Positions 29,544-39,263 of a stretch of 63,968 nt of DNA are shown in pieces. The stretch covers positions 1-63,968 of the IMG/VR virus record IMGVR_UViG_3300043443_000209; one strand, given 5' to 3'. The DNA comes from a virus. Its lineage: Duplodnaviria > Caudoviricetes. The notes below the pieces were generated by a model, which made no database searches, was not told where the DNA came from, and worked only from the letters and a program-made list of their open reading frames with translations. The translations under genes were made by a program, and so were the position numbers. Positions within the stretch are counted from its first letter, which is position 1, and every line of letters begins with the position of its first letter.

Positions 29544-30759
29544 TCACTACCTCGATTTTGTATTTATATCCTACATTAACAATACCAGTTCCAGAGTAAT
29601 GTGCAACATCAGAAACTTCCCATTTTTCATATGGAAGACCATTCCACCATTCATTCATGGCTTTTGGATTTGCCCCCGGAATAGCACAAGGCCAATTATC
29701 AAGAACATCATCAAGAATAAGAATTCCCTTCCAACCCACATCCTCCAGAAAGGTCATAAATTCTCTTTCCTTGATACCATCGTGAGGGTCAACATCAATC
29801 ATGATAATATCGACATTCTTCCAATCAATACCATGCTCCATGAAGTTACCTATAACGAATTCGATATTGTCTTTTTTAATTGTTGGTTTCCAGTCAAAAA
29901 TATCAAAGGTTGTAACTTTATTGCTATCATTATATGCCAATGCTAATGCGGAATCCCCGTGTCTGGTTCCAACTTCAACAATATGCCCATTATTGATTAA
30001 TGTGCTGATATACGCATAAAATTTATACGCTTCAACACCTGCTTTAGCATTGAGTGCTTCGTCCGATCCTCCAAATTGCTTCAGGGGACTCAAATCAATA
30101 TTAGCAACATCCTTTTTGTTTATTCTCACAGTCTTAATTTCACTGTTTAGATTTTTTCTAACATAAAGTGCATCTCCCCAACCACATCCAGTATCTTCTT
30201 CCAACACCTTTTCAAATCCCTTTTCAGCCAAGAATGCTGTTATTTCGCTAATGTGTGGGCAACCCTTATACATCTCCTTATAATTAACTTCAGTAAACAC
30301 CGCTTCAATATAATCCCAATTAGTCAGACCCTTCATTGCCTTCAATTCTGCACCCTGAATATCTAAATTTAGAATATTCAAACTCGGAATAAATACATTA
30401 ATTTTCTTTAAAATGGTATCGAGAGTGACCGTTTTCATTTTAACAGAATCAACATTTTTGATGTGGGGATATATTTGAGCATGTTCTCCCAATTCTAAAA
30501 TAGAAGAACTCTCAGAATTGTTAGTAATATGAAACTCTACCTCCTCTACTTTATCAGAAACTGCTGCATGAACAATTATACAACTTTCATCATCAATATT
30601 ACAATTGTAAGCTAATTCTTTATTAGCTTCGATGAATATAATATTATTAACACAAGCCTTTTTATAGATCGGGTATTCCTCTGCTTTATGCATTCCCACA
30701 TGGATTACACCAAATGGGGTTATTCCATATTCTCTAACTTTTTCAAATTGTATCAGCAT
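29536..30759 (-). CDS. Double methyltransferase: FkbM family fused to a class I SAM (Methyltransf_24-like) domain
   Basis: IHVGMH..E, FIEAN, SSSIL, LDIQGAEL, TEV, WGDALY; then VEVGTRHG.S, IDVDPH, ILILDD. Confidence 0.85.
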   Translation of the reverse strand: MLIQFEKVREYGITPFGVIHVGMHKAEEYPIYKKACVNNIIFIEANKELAYNCNIDDESCIIVHAAVSDKVEEVEFHITNNSESSSILELGEHAQIYPHIKNVDSVKMKTVTLDTILKKINVFIPSLNILNLDIQGAELKAMKGLTNWDYIEAVFTEVNYKEMYKGCPHISEITAFLAEKGFEKVLEEDTGCGWGDALYVRKNLNSEIKTVRINKKDVANIDLSPLKQFGGSDEALNAKAGVEAYKFYAYISTLINNGHIVEVGTRHGDSALALAYNDSNKVTTFDIFDWKPTIKKDNIEFVIGNFMEHGIDWKNVDIIMIDVDPHDGIKEREFMTFLEDVGWKGILILDDVLDNWPCAIPGANPKAMNEWWNGLPYEKWEVSDVAHYSGTGIVNVGYKYKIEVVNE

Positions 30760-31564
30760 ATATTTTTTCTATACCCTCTCTCAAGGATGTTTTTGGTTTC
30801 CAGAAATTAAGAATGTAAGGATCTGGCTCATTCATGGCATTTTTCTGCGTCTCATCTTTTCTATTCGCAGGAACCACTTCACAACCACTAATATCCTTTA
30901 AAATATTAGCAACATCGAGAATGGAACTCCATTCAAAACTTGTAATATGATAATTCTTAGTTTTATCAAGTTTATCATATAATTCAGTTAATGTCAAGAA
31001 GCATTCGGCACAATCTCTAGCATATAGAAGTTGGCGAGATTCTGTTCCATCGGTTCTCATGTTGATAACACCATCATGTTTCGCCATTCTACAAAAGTCT
31101 GTAATAACATGGGCTTTATCTTCTTCATGTTCCATACCATAAACATTCCATAAACGAACAACAAGCCCTCCAATATCATTCGTAAGTTTTTCTCCAATCG
31201 ACTTAAGTTGTCCATATGTGGAATAACCCAATTCAGACATTTGTGAAGATGTGAACAAGAAGGGCTTCTTAGTCTCTTTTAATGCAGTAAAAACATTAAT
31301 CATTATTTTCATGTTTTCATCAATAAAAGGGAATGTGTCTTGATGTTTTTCTAGGTATTTTGCTCCTCCCACATTCGATGCAAAGTAGTAAACAAAATCA
31401 CATTCATTCATGTAATTATAAAGGGGATATTTACATTGCCAAGAAAGATCTTGATATGGAGTAATTTTCTTATCATAACGAATTACTTCATGTCCCATTT
31501 CTTCCAAATACTTACAAGTTGGATGCCCAATCTGCCCCTCTGATCCTAATACTAATATTTTCAT
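30743..31564 (-). CDS. NAD-dependent nucleotide-sugar epimerase/dehydratase
   Basis: ILVLGSEGQIG, FTSS, YGQLK (YxxxK), RLWNVYG, DG.ESRQLLY..D. Confidence 0.9.
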   Translation of the reverse strand: MKILVLGSEGQIGHPTCKYLEEMGHEVIRYDKKITPYQDLSWQCKYPLYNYMNECDFVYYFASNVGGAKYLEKHQDTFPFIDENMKIMINVFTALKETKKPFLFTSSQMSELGYSTYGQLKSIGEKLTNDIGGLVVRLWNVYGMEHEEDKAHVITDFCRMAKHDGVINMRTDGTESRQLLYARDCAECFLTLTELYDKLDKTKNYHITSFEWSSILDVANILKDISGCEVVPANRKDETQKNAMNEPDPYILNFWKPKTSLREGIEKIYADTI

Positions 31565-33270
31565 TGATTATAAATTTCTATTGTGTTGTTATTAATTACA
31601 CGACTTGGGTATTTTGTAAATCCCCACCCTTCCCTATTATTATACCCTTCTCTAGAGTATCCACCACTTTTGGCCTGTCTAAGATGAAAAACATGATAGT
31701 ATTCAAGATCCACAAGAACCATCTTTGATCCATTTTTGACTAATTGCCACAGAATTTCCCCATCCATAGATGCTTGTCCAATCGGATTTCTATGTTCAGT
31801 ATTCACTTCATCATATCCTTTGGCAATTTCAACGAATACCTTACGAGGGAATAGTGTAGCATCTCCTGAATAACCACCACAAATCACCCCATCAATATCA
31901 TCAGGAGAATGTAGGTCCAATCTTTCACTAAAATTAGCACCATCTTTGTAATTTTGTCTATATCTAAACCTATAAAAGTTGTTTTCATCTTGTTTATCAG
32001 AGATGGTTTTAATATAGTCCGCTATCTCTTTAGAAATAAAGATATCAGCATTGGTCATGAAGAGAAATTTACCTTTAGATTTTAATGCTGCAATATTTTT
32101 AGCATAATATTCATGAAATGCTCGATCTGGAAGGCCATCGTCAACTAATACGGATCTATCAACAATGATGTTTTTGACTCTTTTATGTGATAGAAGTCTC
32201 TTCATCCTGCTATTATTGATGAGTAGTTTGCCATCAATTGGGTTATAATCCACCACAATAATCTCATATGAAAGACCCGAACTATCTAAAACATCTAAAT
32301 TTTTAGATAAAGCTATTTCAAAACGGTTAATGAAGTCTCCACCATAACCATCATCCCTTCCTGAGAGAATGAAACTAACATCCACTTCTCTATGAGATTC
32401 TAAAATTTCTGATATTGAATCATCAACATTACGATCTTCTATGAGAGATTCTAAAATTCTTGATATATAATCATCCGTGTGGAGGAATTCTTTACATCTA
32501 AAAAAGTTCTCTTTAGCCCCCTTCAAATATTCCTTATATGGTTTCAGGTTCTTAAGAACATATTCCAACTCTTCCAAATTAGAGAATGTTTCCATTCCGC
32601 GAAGATCAAATATATCACCAACATTAGGACATCCCCACAAAATAGGAATTGTCCCCAATCTCATAGGATCGATGAGAATTTCAGTGAAATAATTATCAAT
32701 TCTACCATTTAGAACACAAATACTGAATTGATAGTCGATCAATGGCTCTTTTTTGTGTCCAAAAGGCTTTCCAAGCCCATAACCCCACCCATCGACCCCG
32801 TATTTTCGTGCTACATTATACACATCATCACGGAATCTATGACCTTCACTCATCTTTTTACCTGACGAAATCATCGAAATGTGCTTAGTTTTTTCGTAAA
32901 AATTAGCCAAATCGTCTTCGATTCTACTCTGTCCAACGAAATATTTGATGTATTTTGGTGATCTTTTTAATAAATTTGACTCAAAAGTTAAAATATAATC
33001 AAATTTATCCTCAACCTTTATAATATCCTCATACAACCAAGGATGAATTGCGGGTGGTTCCATTAACCAAGCCACCTTTAACTTACTTTTAACCTGATCT
33101 ACTATGGGATCATTAATAAATCCATCAGTAAAAACAGTAATTCCATCATATTCCATCAATCTATCCAACCATTCAATATTTTTTGGGGGATAGAGATAGG
33201 TTGATGTGTAGACACCGATCATGTCTTTCACATGTCGGAAATTATTATCGAACAAATTAACCTTTATCAT
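31561..33270 (-). CDS. Bifunctional glycosyltransferase (GT10-like fucosyltransferase plus GT-A domain)
   Basis: AWLMEPP, YQFSICVLN..DNYFTE.LID...GTIPILWG; second domain GRDDGYGG, EIIVVDY, AKNIA, TNADIF, GYDE. Confidence 0.8.
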   Translation of the reverse strand: MIKVNLFDNNFRHVKDMIGVYTSTYLYPPKNIEWLDRLMEYDGITVFTDGFINDPIVDQVKSKLKVAWLMEPPAIHPWLYEDIIKVEDKFDYILTFESNLLKRSPKYIKYFVGQSRIEDDLANFYEKTKHISMISSGKKMSEGHRFRDDVYNVARKYGVDGWGYGLGKPFGHKKEPLIDYQFSICVLNGRIDNYFTEILIDPMRLGTIPILWGCPNVGDIFDLRGMETFSNLEELEYVLKNLKPYKEYLKGAKENFFRCKEFLHTDDYISRILESLIEDRNVDDSISEILESHREVDVSFILSGRDDGYGGDFINRFEIALSKNLDVLDSSGLSYEIIVVDYNPIDGKLLINNSRMKRLLSHKRVKNIIVDRSVLVDDGLPDRAFHEYYAKNIAALKSKGKFLFMTNADIFISKEIADYIKTISDKQDENNFYRFRYRQNYKDGANFSERLDLHSPDDIDGVICGGYSGDATLFPRKVFVEIAKGYDEVNTEHRNPIGQASMDGEILWQLVKNGSKMVLVDLEYYHVFHLRQAKSGGYSREGYNNREGWGFTKYPSRVINNNTIEIYNQ

Positions 33271-33988
33271 GCCAAGATTTAATCTCCTCCTTTAAAATTT
33301 CAACAGGGACTCGACAAATATGATTGTAAATTCCCATATTATAGTTGAGATGTGGACTCTTTTCCACGGAAGTTTCCGATCTATAGTGGTCTAAATGTAA
33401 TATTGGACTTGAAGTTCTACCCATTTTGTATCCCAAACGATAGAATCTCATTTGAATTTCGTTATCATCAAACCCAACATTCTTAAAGTTTGGATTGCAC
33501 ATACCACCTTCGATGAATACGCTCTTTTTGAAGATGACACAACCCCCATAAGAGTTTGGATTACATAATTCACACTTAGCTAAATCTATTTTTCTCTCAT
33601 TTAAAAATCCATCGATGAGTGGTTTAGGGATATTATAGAATTCTCCATTATATGGATAGACGAAATCGAATCCATTACTCAACATATCTATACTCTGTTT
33701 CAGATCTTTAGGCAAAACAATAACATCAACATCATAAACAGCCAGATTATCATGAGAACAATCCTTAACCATTTCATTAACACATCTCATCTTGTTGAAA
33801 TTGTCTTCGGTAAGTTCCACACTTGAATACGAACAATTTGATCCGTCATATTTGGGAGAATCTTTATAGTATTCTCTAACATGTATTGATTCAACACCGT
33901 ATTCTCTCAGTGTCTTAATAACATTTTTCAGATTCGTTATTCGATCTTCGTGATCGACATATAGTGGTATTAGTATATCAATATTCAT
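33257..33988 (-). CDS. GT2/GT7-like galactosyltransferase
   Basis: ILIP, DR..NL, FNK...N, YDVDVI, GGCVIF, GG.NPNF..VGFDDNE..R, LHLDH. Confidence 0.82.
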   Translation of the reverse strand: MNIDILIPLYVDHEDRITNLKNVIKTLREYGVESIHVREYYKDSPKYDGSNCSYSSVELTEDNFNKMRCVNEMVKDCSHDNLAVYDVDVIVLPKDLKQSIDMLSNGFDFVYPYNGEFYNIPKPLIDGFLNERKIDLAKCELCNPNSYGGCVIFKKSVFIEGGMCNPNFKNVGFDDNEIQMRFYRLGYKMGRTSSPILHLDHYRSETSVEKSPHLNYNMGIYNHICRVPVEILKEEIKSWHDKG

Positions 33989-34731
33989 TTAAAAATTCCC
34001 TTTATATCTATGGGTTCTAGAATCTTAACATCTTCATCATACTGCGCTTTAACACGCAAACTCAGTTCGTATAATCCCCTGTGAGGATGTGTCCCCCCAA
34101 AATCAATATCAGTATCTTCTTGATTTGGATTAAATTTCTGTCCTCTCCAAGACATTCCACCATAATGTATAAATGTTTTTCCTTCAACGGAAATATCTGC
34201 TATGGAATAACCAATTTTTGTAACATCTTCAAACATGGTTGAACCAATATCGTAGATTCTATCGACATTATAAATATGTCTCAACATATGTCTGTCTCTA
34301 TCAAAGAATTTGATCTTATGATTCTTGAGTTTCTGGTTATCAATAAAGCAGAACCAAGGCTCAACTCTGGGATATAATTTCTTACCAGCACAATCTCCCA
34401 CAACTTTACCCATCAATGCAAATTCATTCATCGACTTAAATTTTTCAAACATCTTCTTAATGTCTTTGAGAAAGATAATATCGCTATCAACAAGTAAAAC
34501 ATATCTAGTCTTAACCTTACTAAGACCAAGATTCACTGCTTCTCCATGAATACCATTTCTAAAATTAAAATATGGTATTTCATTTTCATCCAATAAATCT
34601 GAAGGTGTTTCACTGGAGGTATTCATTACCATAACTTCTGGCAATTCTTCGAATACATTTTTAACTGATTTTAGAAGATTCACAATCAGTTCAGGGGTGT
34701 TATAGTTGCATGTTAAAAGTGTTAAGTCCAT
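33985..34731 (-). CDS. GT2-family glycosyltransferase
   Basis: TCNYNT, HGEAVNLGL, TRYVLLVDSDI, YDIGS, HYGG.SW. Confidence 0.8.
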   Translation of the reverse strand: MDLTLLTCNYNTPELIVNLLKSVKNVFEELPEVMVMNTSSETPSDLLDENEIPYFNFRNGIHGEAVNLGLSKVKTRYVLLVDSDIIFLKDIKKMFEKFKSMNEFALMGKVVGDCAGKKLYPRVEPWFCFIDNQKLKNHKIKFFDRDRHMLRHIYNVDRIYDIGSTMFEDVTKIGYSIADISVEGKTFIHYGGMSWRGQKFNPNQEDTDIDFGGTHPHRGLYELSLRVKAQYDEDVKILEPIDIKGIFK

Positions 34732-35276
34732 AAAATTCCGATTCCCGCCCATTCTTTATTTGTTATAATTTCTTTAAATTCTCCACCATTATATTCTTCC
34801 TTTAAGTCTCTCCAGAACTCTCCAACATAGCATCCATGTGTATGATGAAAATCTGTGATAATAATATCGTGAAATGCTACAGGTGTTTTCTTTTTCAGAT
34901 AAGGCAATACATTATAAAAGTCTGCCTTAACTCCTTCGTATGAATGATCACCATCAATAAAGACAAAATCCCACTCATGTTCTGCGAAAAGTTTTCCCAT
35001 TGCTGGGTCATGACTATCACCAGCAACATATTTGTAATTGGGACATGGTAATTTACTTGGATCAAATCGACATGGATCATTATTATCGATGGTAATCATG
35101 TTCTTAGCAAAGTTGCTGAGATAATAACTCGATCCCCCATCATAACATCCAATCTCAAGAATGTTTAAATCCTTTTTATCACCAATAGCATTTTCAATCA
35201 ACCACTCCCATTCTTCTTGGAGTTGTTGAATTTTATATTGTGACTTTGCTACTTCCCAGATTTTATCCTTGTCCAT
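34722..35276 (-). CDS. Class I SAM-dependent methyltransferase (Methyltransf_24)
   Basis: ILEIGCYDGGS, GDS, FVFIDGDHSYEGVKADF, VAFHDI. Confidence 0.88.
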   Translation of the reverse strand: MDKDKIWEVAKSQYKIQQLQEEWEWLIENAIGDKKDLNILEIGCYDGGSSYYLSNFAKNMITIDNNDPCRFDPSKLPCPNYKYVAGDSHDPAMGKLFAEHEWDFVFIDGDHSYEGVKADFYNVLPYLKKKTPVAFHDIIITDFHHTHGCYVGEFWRDLKEEYNGGEFKEIITNKEWAGIGILWT

Positions 35277-36108
35277 ATTCCTTTTTGATTCTTTTTAGTT
35301 CTTTTGCTGCAACCATAGGGTCAACAAGAGGAATTTGCATAGGTAAACATCCGTGTTTATTAACGAAAATTTTATCAGCATCCTTCATCATTTGTTGATG
35401 GTTGGGTTTAGATGAGATAGTGGACTTCTCAATAGTCCACGGTTCATCACCAAGTAATGTATGACTAAGTGCTAAATCTGCAAAATACCAGAATGGAGGA
35501 TGCATACCAGCCTTAATAACTTCGTAAGTGTGATCCACATGTTCACATGCATTAACATATCTCTCATCAATTATTCCAACTTCCTCCAAACACTTTTTAG
35601 AATAGTATGAAAACGCACCAACGCAATGTGGATATAATGCAATATCTTTACCTTCACCGTAGTTGATGGTAATTCTCGGATTTGGATCTTTATTACCATC
35701 AAAAGTTTTATTCATTATTCCATGTTGAGAATAATTAAAATGTTGAATGCCTGTCAGTTTTGATGCATTGATATATTGGTCAAACACTGACTCAGATTTG
35801 ATAAAAATATCGTCTTCAATAATAAAGATATGATCGCATCCTTTATTCATCAATGCGCGAAAAGCTTTATTCTTTGATCTACCAACGCCAATATTTTCTT
35901 CATTAGTGATCCATTCAGTATGTTCTTTCAACCATTTTTCGGTTAAGAACTCTGATGGACTCAAATTTCCCCCATCATCCACCACTACAATGTGATCTAA
36001 AATAAAATCACATGGTAATAATGACTTTAGGAGTTTGGCTAAGAGGAATGGACGCTTGTAAGTAACGATACCCACTCCGACAGTTTCAGGATTATTCGTA
36101 TGTGTCAT
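35263..36108 (-). CDS. GT2-family glycosyltransferase
   Basis: GIVTYKR, VVVDDG, NIGVGRSKN, FIIEDDI, VG.IDE.Y, EHVD. Confidence 0.88.
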   Translation of the reverse strand: MTHTNNPETVGVGIVTYKRPFLLAKLLKSLLPCDFILDHIVVVDDGGNLSPSEFLTEKWLKEHTEWITNEENIGVGRSKNKAFRALMNKGCDHIFIIEDDIFIKSESVFDQYINASKLTGIQHFNYSQHGIMNKTFDGNKDPNPRITINYGEGKDIALYPHCVGAFSYYSKKCLEEVGIIDERYVNACEHVDHTYEVIKAGMHPPFWYFADLALSHTLLGDEPWTIEKSTISSKPNHQQMMKDADKIFVNKHGCLPMQIPLVDPMVAAKELKRIKKEYGQG

Positions 36109-36878
36109 TATTTTCTACCCTTTTTAGATTTTTTACCATCATTGGCGTATGGATTTTTAAATTCTTGAACTATTTTATCAATTCTTTCCTCATTTTCAAG
36201 TTCATGTTCGTGTTCCTTGAGCATTTTTTCGAACATTTCCATGTTACTTGGGTCAAGAACACTATCACCCTCGATAAGATCACCCCTATAGTCGATAAAT
36301 TCACCAATAAACATAAGTTTATCATCAACACTTGGAAAGCTTTCATCAATACAGACGATTGCAGGACAATCTTCCTTTGGATAGAACACATCACTCTCTA
36401 GATTGTCCATGTATTGTTTAAATAATCCATCAAAGACTGAATCTACCTCCGCAATATACTGTTCATCAGTATCTCTAAGATCATCCTTTATAATTTTGAT
36501 GTGGGGATTTCTTTTTAGCCAGAAAATTATATCAAGATCCTTCATGGATTCTTTTACAAAGGATATGGTGGCTGCTGCAATCTCGTCCGTGACTAATCCC
36601 TTACTGTTGGCATGGAGAGTATATGCTAGATTATCCCACGGACACCTATCATAAATAATTTTAGATCCTTTGGGGTATTTGGCTTGCTCTTCCATCATCC
36701 AGTTCAGAATATGAAGCTGAGTTTCATCACTTGTTTTACTGGAATGATTCAACCCGTTTTCTTTAATAACATCTCTGTAAGTCTTAATAGGAGTGGTATA
36801 CATATTCCACTTATTAAGAAATGCTTTCAATAAAGTCGTCTTTCCCGTATTTGCGGTCCCTGAAATTGCTATCCTCAT
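36108..36878 (-). CDS. P-loop nucleotide kinase-like protein (AAA_28 / dNMP kinase)
   Basis: RIAISGTANTGKTTL, IIYDRCPWD.LAY. Confidence 0.75.
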   Translation of the reverse strand: MRIAISGTANTGKTTLLKAFLNKWNMYTTPIKTYRDVIKENGLNHSSKTSDETQLHILNWMMEEQAKYPKGSKIIYDRCPWDNLAYTLHANSKGLVTDEIAAATISFVKESMKDLDIIFWLKRNPHIKIIKDDLRDTDEQYIAEVDSVFDGLFKQYMDNLESDVFYPKEDCPAIVCIDESFPSVDDKLMFIGEFIDYRGDLIEGDSVLDPSNMEMFEKMLKEHEHELENEERIDKIVQEFKNPYANDGKKSKKGRK

Positions 36879-36884
36879 ATATCT

Positions 36885-36912
36885 AATTTAATATAAGAAT
36901 TCCAATTGTCAA
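36885..36912 (-). promoter_or_regulatory. Sigma70-type promoter of the kinase/glycosyltransferase operon
   Basis: TTGACA-N16-TAAATT-N6-ATG on the minus strand. Confidence 0.6.
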
Positions 36913-36939
36913 ATGACAATCGGGTGATAAATAATATAA

Positions 36940-37677
36940 ATGTCAACTAAAAAAGCACCTCGCAAGAGGAAGGAAGTCGATATCACTAACGAAATGTCTG
37001 AACACATGAAGAAGAATTTCGACTGTGAACACTTGGTTCTCAAAAACCGTTTTCAATTAACATCAAACCAAACAAAGTTTTACTACTTAACACAGAATCC
37101 TAATACTAATATGGTATTTGTTGACGGGGTTGCGGGAACAGCAAAGACATATGTTGCAGTATATGGAGCCTTGGAGTTGCTAAAGGACAGACATGTTGAC
37201 CAAATCATCTACATTAGAACAGTGGTTGAGAGTTCTTCCAAGTCAATTGGTGCATTGCCGGGAGAGTTGGATGATAAATTTTCCCCATATTCCATGCCAT
37301 TGATGGATAAATTGGGGGAAATTCTATCTCTTAATGATTCAAGATGTTTAATTGATAATCATTATATTAAAGCAATACCTGTAAACTTCACTAGAGGTTT
37401 AACATTTAATAACTCTGCGGTCATTCTAGATGAAACACAGAATATGACTAAGAGTGAAATTACAACGATTCTTACCAGATTTGGTAGAAGATCTAAGTAT
37501 TTTGTCTGTGGTGATACTAATCAAACAGACATTAAAGACTCAGGATTTAAGGAAGTATTTAAAGCATTTAATACAGATCATTCTTTTAAGAATAACATAC
37601 ATTGTATTAACTTTGATGCTGATGATATCGTAAGATCACCAATACTCAAACACATCACACAAGTTCTAAAAGTTTAG
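36940..37677 (+). CDS. phoH: PhoH-like ATPase
   Basis: GVAGTAKTY, IGALPGE, RGLTF, ILDETQN, ILTRFG, GD..Q.D, DIVRS. Confidence 0.93.
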   Translation: MSTKKAPRKRKEVDITNEMSEHMKKNFDCEHLVLKNRFQLTSNQTKFYYLTQNPNTNMVFVDGVAGTAKTYVAVYGALELLKDRHVDQIIYIRTVVESSSKSIGALPGELDDKFSPYSMPLMDKLGEILSLNDSRCLIDNHYIKAIPVNFTRGLTFNNSAVILDETQNMTKSEITTILTRFGRRSKYFVCGDTNQTDIKDSGFKEVFKAFNTDHSFKNNIHCINFDADDIVRSPILKHITQVLKV

Positions 37678-37955
37678 AACGGGTTTTTCTTACCAGCCCA
37701 AGAGGTTCCGCCGAAAAGATCAAACGGGTGTCCTTCTCTACTGTTTTCAAGGGGTGCGCCCTTTGGTCCTGCTGGTTGTGGTGCTTCCTCTACGACTTCA
37801 AGAGGTTTAACAAGATTGAAATATTTTTCCCATAGTTGATCTAAGGTATCGGCATTTAAAATGGTCCCATCGGCTAATTTAGTGGCAACCCCACCGAAAA
37901 GTTCTTCGACTTCAATAATTACACCGTTTTTCTCTGCGTTATATGGATTACTCAT
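37674..37955 (-). CDS. Hypothetical protein
   Basis: 93-aa ORF with TAAATT-N5-ATG upstream. Confidence 0.6.
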   Translation of the reverse strand: MSNPYNAEKNGVIIEVEELFGGVATKLADGTILNADTLDQLWEKYFNLVKPLEVVEEAPQPAGPKGAPLENSREGHPFDLFGGTSWAGKKNPF

Positions 37956-37967
37956 ATACTAATTTAC

Positions 37968-38822
37968 TTATTTTGTCCAAAAGTCAAATATTTCTTTGCT
38001 TTTCATAAAGCTTTCGAAATACTTTGCATATCCTTCGTCCTCAGATCCCCCACCATAATCCATACGAGAACGGTCATCATTTGTTGATTTCTTGGTTTTC
38101 TTAATAGGTTTTTTCTTGGCAGGTGCTGCTTTTTTCTTAGTAGTCTTTTTCTTAGTAGTCTTTTTCTTGGCGGGGGCAGCTTTCTTTTTGGGAGACGCTT
38201 TTTTCTTAGTGGGGGCAGGTTTCTTGGTGGTAGGATTTGGTTTGGGTGTAGTTTTTGATGGGGGTGTAGTCGTGGCTGCTGCTGGTTGTGGTTGTGGGTT
38301 AACGGGAGGAGTAGAAACGGCCACAGGATCGGGTTGTGGTTGCTCTTGAGAGAATTGTTGTTCGGCTTCTGGATGATTACGTCTATATGTTCTCCAGTCT
38401 TCTATGCTAATAATATTTGCCTTATCATTAGCTGTTGCCATAACTCTTTCATGTGTCGCATCATCGGTTGCAAGCACAGTATATGCAGGTCTTCCAGTCT
38501 TAGGATCTCTACCAGACTTTCTCATACCGTGTTTGGCAGATATTGTATATCCTTGAGACTTTAATGTTTTCGCTATATTTTTAAATAACCTTTGGTCTTT
38601 AGCTTCCTCATCATCTATTCTGTCTCTACTGTCAACTGGTTCGGGTTGTAAAATATTGTTCAGTTTTGATAGTGGCTCATGAATATCAGGGGCAACGGTT
38701 CTAGATATATTTTTAAGAACACTATATTCCTTACCAATCTGATCTTTAACCTTTCCAGCACCCCATTTAAAGGTATTCCAGAAACCTTCTTCCATTAATT
38801 CTGCTTGTGATCGTTCTTTCAT
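37968..38822 (-). CDS. Hypothetical protein with a Pro/Thr linker and a histone-H1-like Lys/Ala/Pro tail
   Basis: KKKASPKKKAAPAKKKTTKKKTTKKKAAPAKKK; N-terminal ..ELMEEG. Confidence 0.7.
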   Translation of the reverse strand: MKERSQAELMEEGFWNTFKWGAGKVKDQIGKEYSVLKNISRTVAPDIHEPLSKLNNILQPEPVDSRDRIDDEEAKDQRLFKNIAKTLKSQGYTISAKHGMRKSGRDPKTGRPAYTVLATDDATHERVMATANDKANIISIEDWRTYRRNHPEAEQQFSQEQPQPDPVAVSTPPVNPQPQPAAATTTPPSKTTPKPNPTTKKPAPTKKKASPKKKAAPAKKKTTKKKTTKKKAAPAKKKPIKKTKKSTNDDRSRMDYGGGSEDEGYAKYFESFMKSKEIFDFWTK

Positions 38823-39259
38823 ACTGCTACCTCCATGTTTTTATCTGCCACATCCTTAAGACCGACATCTATTAATGCTTCCAACTCATTTTGAATGAAT
38901 AGTTTTCCAATTAAAACTTTATGGGTGTTGCCTGATCTGTTACCAATCGAGAAGGGGATATCTTTAAATACCTTATCCCCCATTTTAACATTTAAGTTTA
39001 CTACAGGTCTGTCTTCTGTGTTACCTGCACCAATATTGATTGTAACGTGGTCTACGATGGGTTTTTCTAAAACTACACCATGTTCAGTAGTGAATCTAAC
39101 GGTCTGTCCATCTATCTGAATGTCTTCACCATGAAGAACATTATATGCACCGTTTCCTGTATCTAACTTTGCTCGTAATTGACCCACCCCATCAATATAG
39201 ATGGTTTCTTCAAGCCCTAAAATGACTTTTTCTAGAAAATATTGCTTGAAGTTTTTCAT
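38819..39259 (-). CDS. Retropepsin-like aspartic protease (RimK-associated protease family)
   Basis: AKLDTGN catalytic motif, EDRPVV, FSIGNRS..HKVLIG; N-terminal MKNFKQYFLE. Confidence 0.82.
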   Translation of the reverse strand: MKNFKQYFLEKVILGLEETIYIDGVGQLRAKLDTGNGAYNVLHGEDIQIDGQTVRFTTEHGVVLEKPIVDHVTINIGAGNTEDRPVVNLNVKMGDKVFKDIPFSIGNRSGNTHKVLIGKLFIQNELEALIDVGLKDVADKNMEVAV

Positions 39260-39263
39260 TCAT

